Assembly (NCBI GenBank): GCA_009914755.4
Contig: CP086569.2
Location: 8,576,001 to 8,640,000, forward strand
Length of the DNA: 64,000 bases
Direction: 5' to 3'
Origin: the human T2T-CHM13v2.0 reference genome, Homo sapiens
Both the position numbers and the translations under genes were made by a program. Shown piece by piece: positions 44,861-58,870 of this stretch; the first letter of the stretch is position 1; every line of letters begins with the position of its first letter. Under the pieces are notes generated by a model, which worked only from the letters and a program-made list of their open reading frames with translations, was not told where the DNA came from and did not search any database.

Positions 44861-45711
44861 AGAGAGGAGATTTCTTATCGTAAAATGGATTATGTTACTA
44901 AATTATTTCAAATTATTTTTAAAAAGGTATACATTTTCCCATAATAATAATGCCACAAGAATTGGAAAGATACATAACAATCTTTGTAATTTCAGGATCC
45001 AACATTAATAAACTCTGACAGGCAAGACATAATTCACTTTGACTCTAAAATGAGTAGGAAGATGGTTAGAAGAGTGGAGGAATACAGCCAGTGGAAGTGA
45101 GAAAAAGATCTGACAACTGAACACCTCTAATATCAGGAGCAAGGGATAAAGCTTTCCGGGTATGGATTTCTAGTAGAAAGGTAACATGTAAAGTCACTTG
45201 CAATCTAATTGTTCACAGAATAAAAACCACCTAACGGCTTATTATTTAAAATTAATAGTCCTGTTGCTTAGCACATATTCATACTTTCCATGGCAGAATT
45301 GTGCTTTCCTATTCCTTTGCTTCCTCTTAGGGGTTAATGGGATGCCCAGACATGAAAAACAAGGAAGGTCTTGAAATGTGTTTGGCAATTGAACTTACGC
45401 TCTTGCCTTCCTGCTTTTCTTTATAAGGAGAAAATAACTTAGCTGTAGGTTTAAAGAGAAAGCATTAGAATCAACTGAGACAAAACCAATTCCAACTAAG
45501 CTTAGAAGAGTAAAAAATCCCTCTTTTTCTGCAGTTACAAAGGCAAAAATACATGCTTACTATAAAATGCTACCAAGTTTTGGTATGGGTAATTATGCAG
45601 CATTATTACTGCATATAATATGTAAAGAGTATAACTTTTATACTCTTTAGCTAAAAAAAGTAGTTTTGCCAAACAAGCATTTGGTACAGAAAGTGTTAGA
45701 CTAAGGTCTAT

Positions 45712-45858
45712 ACAGAAAAATTAAAAGTGAGTAATATTAACAAGAATATTGATGATAACCTCAGTAGCAATAACAGTTAAAACAGAAAATTAGAAGTAAG
45801 TAACATTAACAAGAACAGCAATGATAACCTCAATAGCAATAACAATTAAAACAGAAGT
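45712..45858. repeat. Local tandem duplication (about 69-bp unit, two copies plus a partial third)
   Basis: The unit 'acagaaaaattaaaagtgagtaatattaacaagaatattgatgataacctcagtagcaataacagttaaa' is followed immediately by 'acagaaaattagaagtaagtaacattaacaagaacagcaatgataacctcaatagcaataacaattaaa'. Confidence 0.85.
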
Positions 45859-46277
45859 GTCTTACTTACATTATCTCATTTTATATAAAAAAGAAACAAT
45901 TCACATTGTGCATTGGAATGCTTTTAAACTCCCACTTTTTTTATTTTAAAATACTATATTTCCATGTAAATGGAGTCTTGCATTTTTCACTCAAATCAGT
46001 GAGACATCCCTTTATTGTGGTTGAACTGCTCTTATCTGCATATGTGGGAATAAATCTTGTCCTAGTTTACAGTTTCTTGAATGAAACAGCAGTAATAACA
46101 ACAACAAGATGTCCTCATCACTGATGCTATGTATGACTTTTTTAAAAAAATCAGTGTTATTTTCTCTATGTTTTGATTGGGCTGTTCTTAGCTTTTCAAA
46201 CAGGCTTTTCAATATCTGTCTTTAGAGAACATCTATCCTTGCCTTATCCTTTTGCTAGCATATAACATGAAGCAGGA

Positions 46278-46400
46278 GTGAGAGAGAGAGAGAGAGAGAA
46301 ACATACAGAGAGAAGCAAATAGAGAGAGAGTGAAACAGGAAAACAGAGAGAAAGAAATGGAGAGAGAGGGAGAGAAACAGAGAGAAAGAGATAAAGAGAT
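46278..46400. repeat. (GA)n/(GAGAAA)n polypurine microsatellite
   Basis: Run of 'gagagagagagagagagagaaacatacagagagaagcaaatagagagagag...'. Confidence 0.9.
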
Positions 46401-47169
46401 TCTTCAAAAACAAGAAAGTATTTCTACATCTTAAAGAAAGCAAAATTTGCTGGTGGGTTTGAACTACGGAATGGAAACTGGTTCTATATGTTTAATTAGT
46501 TTCTAATTTCTCTGTAATCTCATCATGAGTCCCTAACAGGAAATAATATTGGCTATACATTTTGTACAATTAGGTGCTCATATATTAGATCATTCTGAAG
46601 GGGCTCACTAAATTATTTACTAAGCCTAATGTATTACTAATGCAAGTTAAACTCTATCTCTAGTGTAATTGTAAAACTCAATGAGTAAATAGTGCCCTGT
46701 GATCATCATGGGCTTGTTATTAGAGGTAAGTGAATCGAGTGCCTCGCGCAATATCTATAATGAAATACCGTATCAACTTGCCCTGATCCATTAAAGGAAT
46801 GAGGGTTTACATCATATTCCACACAAGGAAAAATTGTTAATTGCTTCATTTTCCCTAACATAAGCCACAAAGAATAACAACAACAACAAAAACAAAAATA
46901 GATTCATTCTGTCTTAGTTCTAGTCCAAAAATTAAATCAAACCTTGAGCTTTTCTGTAAATTCCCGACTCCCTAACAAAAATAACTTTATCTTTGCCTTC
47001 GAAATGTTCATACATAGAAATGGAAGAATATTATCTAATTTAACAATAATTCAAAGAAGTGATTAATTGTCCATCATGAACATTACAAATGCAATAAATT
47101 AAATATCTAGTCATTTTTTTTAAATTTTAGAGCAAATTCTGTTTTTATTTTTATTCATTTCATTTTGGT

Positions 47170-47454
47170 TTTATGCCTTTCATTCTCTCCTTTCTCCCCT
47201 TCCTTCCTTCTTTCCCTCCTTCCTTCTGTCCTTCCTCCCTTCCTTCTTTCCTTCCTTCTTTTCTACCTCCCTCCCTCCCGTCCCTCACCTCTTCCTCCCT
47301 TTTTTTCTTTTATTTTTTCTTTTCTTTTCATTCTTTCTCTCTTTTTCTTTCTTTCTTCTCCTTTCTTTTCTTTCTTTCTTTCTTTCTTTATTTCTCTCTT
47401 TCTTCTTTCTTTCTTTCTTTCCTTTTTTTTCACTGTCTCTGTTTCTCTTCTTGA

Positions 47455-47465
<11 letters not shown>
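47170..47465. repeat. (TTCC)n-type polypyrimidine microsatellite (paralog of 4858-5108)
   Basis: Run of 'ccttccttccttctttccctccttcc...tttctttctttctttc'. Confidence 0.95.
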
Positions 47466-48127
<662 letters not shown>

Positions 48128-51100
48128 GATATCTGTTGTAAAGCTCAGTTGATAAGCAATATTGTCTTCCTGGAATGCTTTATGTTTACAAAACAATGAT
48201 AGCACTATTATTTAGCCCCTTTGGATAAAATACGGTAACACACAAAACATATATACACATACACATACACAGACACAGACACAGTCAGTGATCAAAAAAC
48301 CAGTGTAGGCCAGGACCTAAAATGAAAGATGAGTTGCTGTAGTTGACTAGAATTAAACCAGACCAGAGTTAACCCACACCCAGCCAAAAGATGTGAACAG
48401 GGGCTTCAAAAAACTCCATCAGATACATGTCAGATTACTCTCCAGCCATAGCAAAGGGACATGAAAGATCTGTTGTGTTTAGAAGAGTCTTGATGGTTTG
48501 ACTTTTCCAAGGTATTAGCATTCATGACGTTGACCTTTAAAGCTCTCCGCAATTACACAAATCAGTAGACAACTCAGTTTTTCTAGGAGTCTAAAGTGCT
48601 TTTCAAAATTATCTAAAACTTAGTGGCTTAAAACAATAATTATAATTTACTAACTTCAGTCTCTGCAATCTTCCACAGTCTCTCAGCCAAATGATTGTGG
48701 TTCAGGGGTACTCAGGAGGATGCAATCTAATGATGGCTTAGGATGGGGACATTGTCAGGTGTCTTCTCATCTCCCTGGTGTCATGGCTAGCATGACTCAA
48801 ATAGCAGGAGCTGGACTGCTGAGATCCTCAGGCATCTGCTTCTATTTGTATGAGTCTCTCCATAGGATGTTCCTTCTACATAGTGTTATCAGGGTGTTAG
48901 ACTTCCTGATGTACTGGTCTGGGACTCCTGAGGGGTTATTCCCCATGAGAGCAGGAGACTTAGGCAGAGCTGTGTCACCTTTTCTAACCTAGGCCAGGGG
49001 TGGCCAGTATCCAGAAAATGCTTGCACTGTTTCCTATTAATTAGAAGCAAATACTGTGTTCAGTCCCAACAGGAATATTTTGAAATGGGTTTGCAAAGAA
49101 TTTCAGTGTTTAAAACCACTACAGTGATCATGCCTAATAATTACTTATTTTTATAAGTGCTGGATGGGTTTTACCCAACATAATAACAGATACAGACTTT
49201 TCAGCTTAAAACTTAAATGTCATAGCTCTGAACATTTGGTTGAAATAACATATGTTGAAATAACTCTCAAGCAAAAGTTTATTTTGAAATGAGAGCTATA
49301 AATAAATAAAATAAATGAGATAAACTCATAAATATCTGGATGAAATGCTTATGAAGAGGTCAGCCTTAAAAAAGTCAATAGGTCTAATGTGCCACTCTTT
49401 TACTATTTCTATGAATATGACTTGGACAGGAGGGCAAGGACTCAGGGGTCTTCTGAACTGTCTCTGCACCTTGAAACAGTGGCTGGGGCACCAGGAGTAA
49501 CACTTCCAGCCAACACCATGTGGTGAGGATGAGGAGTCCATCCGGGTTAAGGAGGGTGTCAGCATAATGTTACTTGAAGGAGAGGCGACCAGGATCAAGA
49601 TCTCCGGCACACATTGAAATCCCCCATGCCCAGCTGTGGCGGACTGATTCCCTTAGCTTGTGCTGGGCTAACAGGTGTGTTCAGGAAGCATCTCCCTTGC
49701 CTGGGAAGGATCCCCCGCTTCCCTTGCTATCAGGAAGGGTGAGGCTTGTGGCCTCTGCTCTATCTGTTCCAGCTCTTTCCCTTTCCATTATAGCACTGCT
49801 GGGTAAGGTGGCAGGACCCCAGAATGTGGAAGGGCCCTGGGCTGTTGACAGTGCCTGTGGGTGGCCAGGTACTAGGAGGAGAGTCCTCACTGAGCCTCCC
49901 GTGAGCTTGGAGGCTGGGAAGGAACATTCGTGGGGCACTGGCCAGTCCAGAGTTCAGGGGCCTATCTGGAGAAGGCCAGGGCGATGTTGTAAGGCTGTGG
50001 ATCTACAATCTAGATGGAAGAGTTGTATCTGCCATGGCTGACATCATCAGGGCAAGACACCAACTGAGTGGAAAGCTGGACTTATGCATTTTATCCCTGT
50101 CCTGAAGAGACACTGCCTGGCTCTCCTGGGACCACTGATACTGGGGACCCCCTCTGGGTCCACTTATGACCATAAGCTTAGGATCTTCTATGCCTTGCTT
50201 CCTATCCACCCAGCTGAGGTATCCTGGAGACGATGTACGGGGCGAAGCTGTTGTGTGCACATGCTGCACTGGAATGGGGTATCATTGGCCAGTTAGGCCA
50301 CTGCTCCCCAGGCCCTCTCCTGAGCTCCCACCTGGCTAAATGATAACTGTAACATCTACCTCGCCCTGCAGCCCAGGTTTCTCCTCCACCTACTGACCCA
50401 TGCCCACTTGGGGAAAATGCCAGCCTCCCTGGAGACTCAGGCCCTGCCAGACCCACCTGCTGTCCTCCTCTCTCATGGGCCAGACACTCTCTGGTGCACA
50501 GGGATTCAGGAACAGCAAATACAAAGCCCGGCAGGTTCCATTGCTTCTTTCCTGAATGCCCGCTTCCCTGGACGAACACACAGGAAGACTTGGGCAGCAG
50601 CTAGGTTTTATTTCCCTCTGGATGTCATTTCAAGTTCATGACATCTCCTCTAGGTAGCTCATGCCAGCCATCCTTTCCCTCCTCCCTCTGCCATTTGTGA
50701 GAACCATGAGGACTCTTCACAGCTCCCACGTGTGCAGGCTTCACAGGTCCTGAAGTTGGATCACCAAACCCAGCAGCCCCTAAGCCAAGGTACACAAAGG
50801 TACACAGCCACAGGTGTGCACATGCATGCACTAGCTCAGACATGCAGGCTAGAATGTGCCCACACTCATACTGGTACAAGGGAAACAGGGTGTCTACACC
50901 AATAATCAGATGGGACTTAATGTTCAGCCACATTCCCTCGCTGGATACACGTAAAAGGTCCCCTGCGATTTAACTGTTCATCTGCAGTAGGATTTACTAT
51001 TACTTTTATACTTTTACAACTTACCAAAGTATGTTGCATTCTTTCCCCCATCATGAAAAAAGGCTTTGATAAAAGTAAGAAAGCTGAGCATTTTTTGTAA

Positions 51101-52447
51101 TAAAATTCTTATCTGTATCTATACTATTAAGTCATTTAAAAATATTACATCTTTTTTTTAATGTCATAGGAAATGTCTCAGGGGCAGGGGAAGCATGAGT
51201 GAGGATGGCAGAGGGGAGAAAGCATGTGAAGGGAGCCTGGAGTCATTGAAACAAAACATGACAGGACTGGGATAGCCATTCTAGAAGGACATAGACCTAG
51301 GTGTGCCTCATGTGCACTTCTGTGTGGACGGTAAGAGGGCGCTAGCTGAGCACAAACTGAACCCCGGCTGGTAGCAATCCTCAAGGCGTGGAAGAGAGGC
51401 AAGGAAGGATAATATGGCAGCTATCTGTTGATCCTTGCTTTGCACCAATTGACCTTCACCACTTCTCCTTTTTAGGCAACTTCAGGTTCCCCAATTCTGA
51501 GACATGAGTGTTACAGTTCCCTGATGAGCCTTTCTCCCCTAGCCCAAAGATGGCCTGGGATTTATCACTGCAGGCTCCTCCCTGAGACTTGAGTTCTCTA
51601 TGTGTGTCCCAGCTCCAGGACCCACAGGCCTCTAAGCCTCCAGCCCTGGGATCTTTACCTGGCCTCCTCTCTGTTCCCTCTTTGAGGGCCTAACTCCTTC
51701 CAGCAGTGCTGCAGGGGATTGAGACAGAGGCCCTGGGTGATATACTGGGTGACTGGGGAAAGGGGTCTATGACTGATCATGTCATGGTTCAAAGCCAATT
51801 CCACAGATGCCAAGGAAAGACTAGCAAGATCCTTTCCCATGACACCCCTCAGCGGTGCCCACCTCAGCAATCCTGGCTGACTTTGAGTGATCACGGTCAG
51901 CCAACCAGCTGAAGAAGCTCAGTTAGGCTGTGTCCTGCCTGAAGCTGGCGGCTTCTGCTGCATGACTCTAGAACCACTGGGCTATAGTCATGCCAGACAT
52001 CCTGTATCCTGGAGCAAGAGGAGTTGGGAAGGCTCATGCCAGGCCTAGCCTCCCACACTCCACCCCCGCTGCCATGCCAATAGGCACTTCTTATAGATGA
52101 TGCCAACCTGATACTCCTTAATGATCACTTCATTGCAGAAATAAAGGCTGTGACAAAAGGAAAACTTTGTCCTGCTGCCAGTACCCTGGATGACTGTTTC
52201 TCCACGTGCCAGTCCAAGAAGAAGAGAACAGACTCAAAGGGATCATTTCATCTTGCTAGGCTGAGGGCCTGCTGGCTAGGATGAAGCATGCATTTCCCCT
52301 TCCCAGCTCTCCCAGTGAGACACCCCTGGACCCCAGGAGGACCTCAACCTGACCGGGACCCTTGACCCCTCCCCCAGACCCAGGATCCCCAGCCTCATCT
52401 GCAAATCCATCATGTAGCTTACTTAGCAGGACTTCCTCATGGTTTCT

Positions 52448-52761
52448 TTCTTTCCTTCTTTTCTTTTCTCTTTTTCTTTTCTTTTCTTTTCTTTCTTTAG
52501 ATGGAGTCTCACTCTGGCTAGAATGCAGTGGCGGGATCTCAGCTCACTGCTAGCTCCACTTCCCAGGTTCACGCCTGCCTCAGCCTCCCCAGTACCTGGG
52601 ACTACAGGTGTCCACCACCAGCCTGGCTAATTTTTTGTATTTTTAGTAGAGACTGTGTTTCACTGTATTAGCCAGGATGGTCTGGATCTCCTGATCTCCT
52701 GATCCGCCCACACTGGCCTCCCAAAGTGCTGGGATTACAGGTGTGACCCACCGTGCCCAGC
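52448..52761 (-). mobile_element. Alu SINE (antisense) present only in copy B, with a target-site duplication
   Basis: Copy A reads 'cttcctcatggtttctgaaccctgcc' uninterrupted at about 10095. Copy B has 'tcctcatggtttct' (52434-52447), then a degenerate poly-T/(TTTC)n, then an Alu ('agatggagtctcactctggctagaatgcagtggcgggatctcagctcactgc...gtgacccaccgtgcccagcc'), then 'tcctcatgatttct' (52762-52775). Confidence 0.9.
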
Positions 52762-54292
52762 CTCCTCATGATTTCTGAACCTGACTGACATCTTGGTGTG
52801 CAGCACAATCTGCCTCTGGTGAAGGAGGCTCGAGATGATTGGGTGGACATGCCAGGAAACATCCTGCAACTTTGCAAGAGCTGGGAGAGTGTTGGGCAGG
52901 GTTATACCCCAGATCTTTGGCCTGGCACTGTGCATTGGTGGTCCTGTCTCTGTCCGGCATGTGGGGGCATAGTAGCAGGAGTGTTGTTCTTGTGGGTGGG
53001 TGGAGGGAGGCCCAGAAAGCCTCTGCCAACATCGAGAGGGGAGCACGAGTAGGCAGGGCATTGGGTGTGGGGTGCTGTGGTGTGACGCAGCTGTTTCCTC
53101 AGAGTTCCTGAGCTGCACCTGGCACTTGTGTGCTCAGTGCTGGACAGGCTATAGTAAGGGTGTCCAGGTGTGTGGTCCCCTCTTCTGGTCTCCCTGAGGG
53201 GTGGGCGTCTCCATTTGAGGTAACCACTGTGGGTAGAAGGGACTGCAGGGCTGTGACTGGAACACTCCAGGGGGCTCGCGTGTGCAGCGGAGGCATGTGT
53301 GCAATGGAGGTTTTATATGCTCAGGAACTACAGCTCTTTGATTGCAGTGCAGGCAGAGGGAAGAAAGCATGTCTAGGAAGCTGGTGCCTGCCTTGCAGAG
53401 GATGGCATCCCCATGTACCGTGAACCCAGGTCTTGAGCACCTTGTGTTTCTGGAGTGAGGTTGCTGGACACCAACACGGGGAGTGGGAGTGGTTCTATGG
53501 CTGGCGTGGGCATGCAGACTCCCTTTTTCCAAGGACTTTTCCAGGGAAACGTGCCCTTCATCTTGCTGTGCGTGAAGGGTCCTTGGAGCCACTGTTCTCA
53601 CTTGTGAGTGCTGAGATTGGCTCCCAGTCCCTACCACGTACTCTCAGTGCACCCGCAAGCAAGCTGCCCTCCTATCTGCAGGACGCTGGCCTCGGCTCCC
53701 CTCTGTGTCCCCATGCCCTGCCTCCTGACTGACCCTGTATGCCTCCCGCCTGGCTCTGTTTCTCCCCACCCCCGGAAACCTGACGCCCATCCCCTGTTGT
53801 CGGTTATCCTCAATGGGCTGTTGCAAGGATATGGCTCTGGCCCAGAAGCGGGAGATGCCCTGGCTGATGGCCCCTGTGCCGTCCAGCCCGGGCAGGCGCC
53901 TCGGCCAAAACTTCCGCCTCAGCCGTGTGTCCCATGCAGCCTGGGGCATCCACAGAGTGCAGCTCCAAGTAAAGGACCTCCAGAGAGTCTGTTGCCTGCT
54001 GGGGCATGCTGGGGCCAGGGCCAGGCTGTGCCCGCTGGTAGTCCTTCTACTGCTCTATGTTGGCCTTCTCCTCGACTACTATCTGGACCACTGCCATGAT
54101 GTCGTCCAGCACCAGCACCTTCTCCCCGCCAAGGGCGCCTCTGCACTCTATACCCTGGCTGCTGTCTCCCGCAGAGCCTCCAATTTGAAAGGGGTTCCTC
54201 CTCTGGACTTCCCGCTGACCATGACGCGCACTGTCCACTCCACCTCCGAATAATGTATCCTTAAAGTATCCTTTAAAAAAAAAAAACTTAAA

Positions 54293-54705
54293 ATCATTCC
54301 TATTTCACCACATCCTTTCCAATATCTATTGTTTCCTGACTTTTTAATGATCGCCATTCTAACTGCAATGAGATGGTATCTCATTGTGTTTGCAGGGTCA
54401 TGGATGAAGCTGAAAACCATCATACTAAGCAAACTATCACAAGGACAGAAAACCAAACACCACATGTTCTCTCTCATAAGTGGGAGTTGAACAATGAAAA
54501 CACATGGACACACAGTGGGTAACATCACCCTCCTGGGCCGGTTGGGGGATGGGGGTCTGGGGGAGGCATAGTATTAGAAGGAATACCTAATGTAAATGAT
54601 GAGTTCATGTGTGCAGCAAACCACCATGGCACATGTATCCCTATGTAATAAACCTGCACATTCTGCACTTGTACCCTAGAACATAAAGTATAATAAAAAA
54701 ATTAA
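54293..54705 (+). mobile_element. LINE-1 3' fragment with twin-priming inversion (paralog of 11639-12062)
   Basis: Same inverted and sense L1 segments, with the junction at about 54390 ('...gagatggtatctcattgtgtt|tgcagggtcatggatgaagctgaaaaccatcatactaagc'). Confidence 0.85.
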
Positions 54706-55606
54706 AAGGAAAAATAGCTCTCCAAACCCTAAAACTGAATAGAAAATTAGTATCAAGTGGTCTAGAACGTAACTTACATGAAAATGTCACAAACATTTAG
54801 CAGATAGTTTCTAAATGCCACAATAAGCCTGGCAGTCAGCAAGAAGCTCAGAAAAACATGGTCTTTGCTCTTCTGAGTGTGCAGTTGTTACAGGCACATA
54901 GATAAATGAGGAATAATAAGTGTGTTAAGTGCTGTAATAGGCAAATACAGGAAATATAACTGGAAATAAGGGCAACAATTTTGATAAACAAAACGTTAAT
55001 ACATGATGAAATGTAAAAAAAAAAAAAAAAAAAAAAGAACAAAACTCATGACTTTAATAAATGTTGCCTTTTTCTTCCCTCCAGAAGAAAACTCATGCCT
55101 CTGCTTTATTGGCTGACATGTTCCTAAGAAGACTTAACAGCTCTGATTTGTATTAATCACATTTTCCTCAGTTATTAAACATGGGTTTAAAAATCCTTCG
55201 AAGGTCAAATGAAAATATTTGCTATTACTGTATAAACAGTCAAGTGCTACACAAATGTTATTCTCTCATGCTGTATTTATACCACATATATCACATGGTT
55301 AGTGTAGCATTCTCATAAAGGAAATCTTGAAATGTGTCTGCTGCTCCATTTTTATTTTTCAACTGTTTCAATCATTATTATTTGTTATATGATTTCTAGG
55401 GGCTTTTGAATTTTAAAGAAAATATGTATAAACGAAAAAGAGGACAATGAAATTTCGAGACTACAGTCATAATTTCATTGATTAATTCAATTGTTTGTAA
55501 AGCTAGATTAGATTATATTTCTCCCAAAAAATCCACTGAGAAATTCTAAGATTACGCACCTATTGTTTGAATGACTGTAAAGTTGTTGCTTAAGTTAGAG
55601 TTCACT

Positions 55607-55903
55607 ATTTTTTTTTTTTTTTTTTTTTTGAGACAAAGTCTTTCTCTCTTGCCCAGGCTGATACGGTGTGGCACAGGATCTCAGCTCACTGCAAACTCCG
55701 CCTCCCAGGTTCTCCTGCCTCAGCCTGATGAGTTGCTGGGACTACAGGTACCTGCCACCACAGCCGGCTAATTTTTTGTATTTTTTAATAGAGACGGGGT
55801 TTCACAGTGTTAGCCAGGATGGCCTCAATCTCCTGACTTTGTGATCCACCTGCCTTGGCCTCCCAAAGTGTTGGGATTACAGGTGTGAGCCACTGCTCCA
55901 GGC
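55607..55903 (-). mobile_element. Alu SINE (antisense) present only in copy B
   Basis: Copy A reads 'gttagagttaactatttttaaagcctgaag' at about 12940. Copy B has 'gttagagttcactat', then 25 T, then an Alu ('gagacaaagtctttctctcttgcccaggctgatacggtgtggcacaggatctcagctcactgc...gtgtgagccactgctccaggcc'), then 'agagttaattaactctttttaaagcctgtag'. The TSD copies have diverged. Confidence 0.88.
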
Positions 55904-58211
55904 CAGAGTTAATTAACTCTTTTTAAAGCCTGTAGATACAGTAATAGTTTCATGTATTAAAACAGGGAAAATAGGATTTTTGGTGCTAGTTGCTCTCACC
56001 AGAAATAATCATAACTTAAAAGTTATGATTTAAACTGCTCTTTATGTCAAATTAAATTTTCATTTTTCTACCTCATGTTATGGATGAGGTATGTATTTTT
56101 AAATGTATTTTCATGCTTATTGTACTTCTGTGAGAAAATGCAGACTTAAATTCATATCATAGTTATCTTTCAGTTTTACCTGTCTGTTCCAAAAGGTTCA
56201 CAGAAATAAAGAATTCCATTTATGCTTGTATCTTTCAGCAACCTTATTTCAGATAACGGTGCACATTACTACAGATAGCACATAGACAGGTCCAAAGGGA
56301 GAAGAAGAAGAAGAAATCAAGTTTTTAAGTCTATATATTTGTAACACTGAATCAGAAACTCAGTAGTCATAGTGAAATCAAAAAATGATCTTAGTCAATT
56401 TCATCTCATACCTAGACTGAAATATGAATCTTCAAAAGAAAAGAAAGTTCAGAACTTTAGGCTTATCAAAATTTTTCTATATAGATAAAATTATTGGTGA
56501 CTTTCTCTCACTAGAAAATGTAAATAAAAATCCATGCTTTGATTATATGTAAATAAAAATATTTTTATTTATATCACATGACTTATGCAAGCAAGTAGTA
56601 AAGTGAAAGTACAATAATAAAATGATATAAGGAAATTTCTCTGTGTCAAAAAATTCCATTGAGGTTATTAATTTTAGAAAAACCATAGAGAATGCTTCAT
56701 GAAACTACATTATACAGTGCCTTTTAGTATTTTACTTACATTTTAAATAATCAACAAATGAAAGGAAATTTTTAATCATTATTTATTACCAATAACATTA
56801 TTCCACTCAAATAAGTCTTTTGAGTTAAATATTTTAAATAAAACATTAAAAACAAATTGTATTGACTGCTGTCAGCTTTTGATGAAATAATACTTCTTTA
56901 TTTGTAGTCATGTGAGGTATAACTTTCTTTTCACAGTAGATCTTTTATAACACCAGTGGTATTGTTTTCTCTGATACAAACCTTGTGATATCTCACAGCT
57001 TTTCTGTATCCATACATTACATGCCTCCAGAGAGTAGGCTTCAGATAGAAAAATTATATTTGTGATGAAATTCTAGGAAAGGGAATGGTAAAATGGGAGA
57101 ATAATTTCTAAATTTCTAACTGTTCATCAATGGATTTGGATATATTTAGATATAGACAAATATTTGCACACTGCAAGTTTGCACATGTGTATAAAAATTT
57201 ATATGAGATACCCATAATGTATGGGTTGTATAATCTTTTAATTATACGTGTGGGAAATTTGATAAGCATTTATCCTTATCAAATACTCAATTTGAAGTAC
57301 TATACTCAATTTGATGTAAAGCCAACAAAATCTCTGTCAACATTCACTTCAATTAATCCAGTAATTTTACCTGCTGATAGCTTCATTATCTTTTTCCCCT
57401 GTTGGCAGCCTGAAAGTTGATTTTCACACTAATTCAGTGCTCAGTTTGCCGTCCATAAGAGACTAGCACCTTGCTGTGGATTGTGACCTCTGACTCCAAC
57501 ACTTTCGTCTTTTAACAGTCCTAACTTTGCATACCTAATGAACTTTGTACATGGTTTAAAAAAAGTTGAGTGAAATGTCAGGCCATGCTGTGAAATACTC
57601 TATTGTTTCTATATCTCTAATTGAACTTTCAGGTTGTAGAGAACAAGAAAAACAATTCAATACATTTCTTAGTATCCAGTCCAATGCACCATTTCTTATT
57701 ACTACCAAACTATTCCTTCAAGGCACTGATATCTAAACACAGCTAGATATATCAAAATCTCTTCTCATTAATAACCATTATGTTAATCACTCTTGCCCAG
57801 ACCTCCACTCTGACTGTGAAATCCTCAGGTGGAAATTGCTGTAATGGTTCACACTATGGGAATGACTATTTTTTGGCATAATTACTGCTGTCCAACTTAC
57901 TGTAGAATATCACATTAAATGGCAGCTCTTAGATACATAAATCCTGTTCATTAATTTTTAACGTCCAACATTTATGGTATTGCACAAGTAAAAATCTTTG
58001 ATAACGTAAATGGTTAGCTGAGCAATGGCTAAAATACATCATAGCAATTCAAACATTCATTTACTTAACTAGAAGGGTGATAGCTCATTAACTCCTGATG
58101 AAAACAAAGTTGGGAAATTGCACGTGTTGAATTGGTCACGAAATTATGTATTTCAGGGTATTTTATAAAACTATCCCTGCTATGTACGATGCCTCACCTG
58201 CAAGCATAAAG

Positions 58212-58295
58212 CTTTAGTATATGTATGTATATATATAGATAGATAGCATACAGATAGATAGATAGATACAGATATAGATAGAGATAGAGGTATAG
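58212..58295. repeat. (GATA)n/(TAGA)n microsatellite, copy B only
   Basis: Run of 'tatatatagatagatagcatacagatagatagatagatacagatatagatagagatagaggtatagata'. Copy A has only 'tatatataaaaaataaatgc' at the paralogous site near 15460. Confidence 0.85.
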
Positions 58296-58574
58296 ATACA
58301 CACATAATGTGTTTTGGCTCTTAATGTCTCTCTACATTTGTCTTCATAACCTCAACACAAAACCACCCATGTACTTGACTTTCAGGTCAGTTGTCTACCA
58401 GTTATTAGGGTTTAAGTAAACAAAATAAAGATTTCAAAACATGGTGACCAAATATGAGAAATCACACTCTCCCCATAAGAAATAATTATTCTCAAGTGAC
58501 ACTGCAAATGCAAAATTAAAAGAAGAAATTAAGTCTAACATATTGCAGGATTCTAAAATCTAAAATTTCCTGTT

Positions 58575-58870
58575 GGAGGTCTGGTGGTTCATGCCTGGAA
58601 TCAAAGCTCTTTGGGAGTCTGAGAAGGAAGGATTGCTTCAAGCCCAGAATTCCAGACCAGCACAGGCAACATAGCAAGATCTACTTCTACAAATGTAACT
58701 AATTAATTAATTAATTAAATTGGGCATGATGGCACACATCTGTTGTTCTATTTACTCATGAGTTCAAGGTTGCAGTGAGCTGTGATTGCACACTGCACTT
58801 CAGCCTGAGCCACGGGGCAAGACGTTGTCTCTACAAAATAATTCAATATAACAAAACAAAGTAAATTAAA
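58575..58870 (+). mobile_element. Old Alu (AluJ-like; paralog of 15745-16010)
   Basis: Starts 'ggtctggtggttcatgcctggaatcaaagctctttgggagtctgagaaggaaggattgcttcaagcccagaattccagaccagcacaggcaacatagcaag' and ends '...cacttcagcctgagccacggggcaagacgttgtctc'. Confidence 0.85.
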
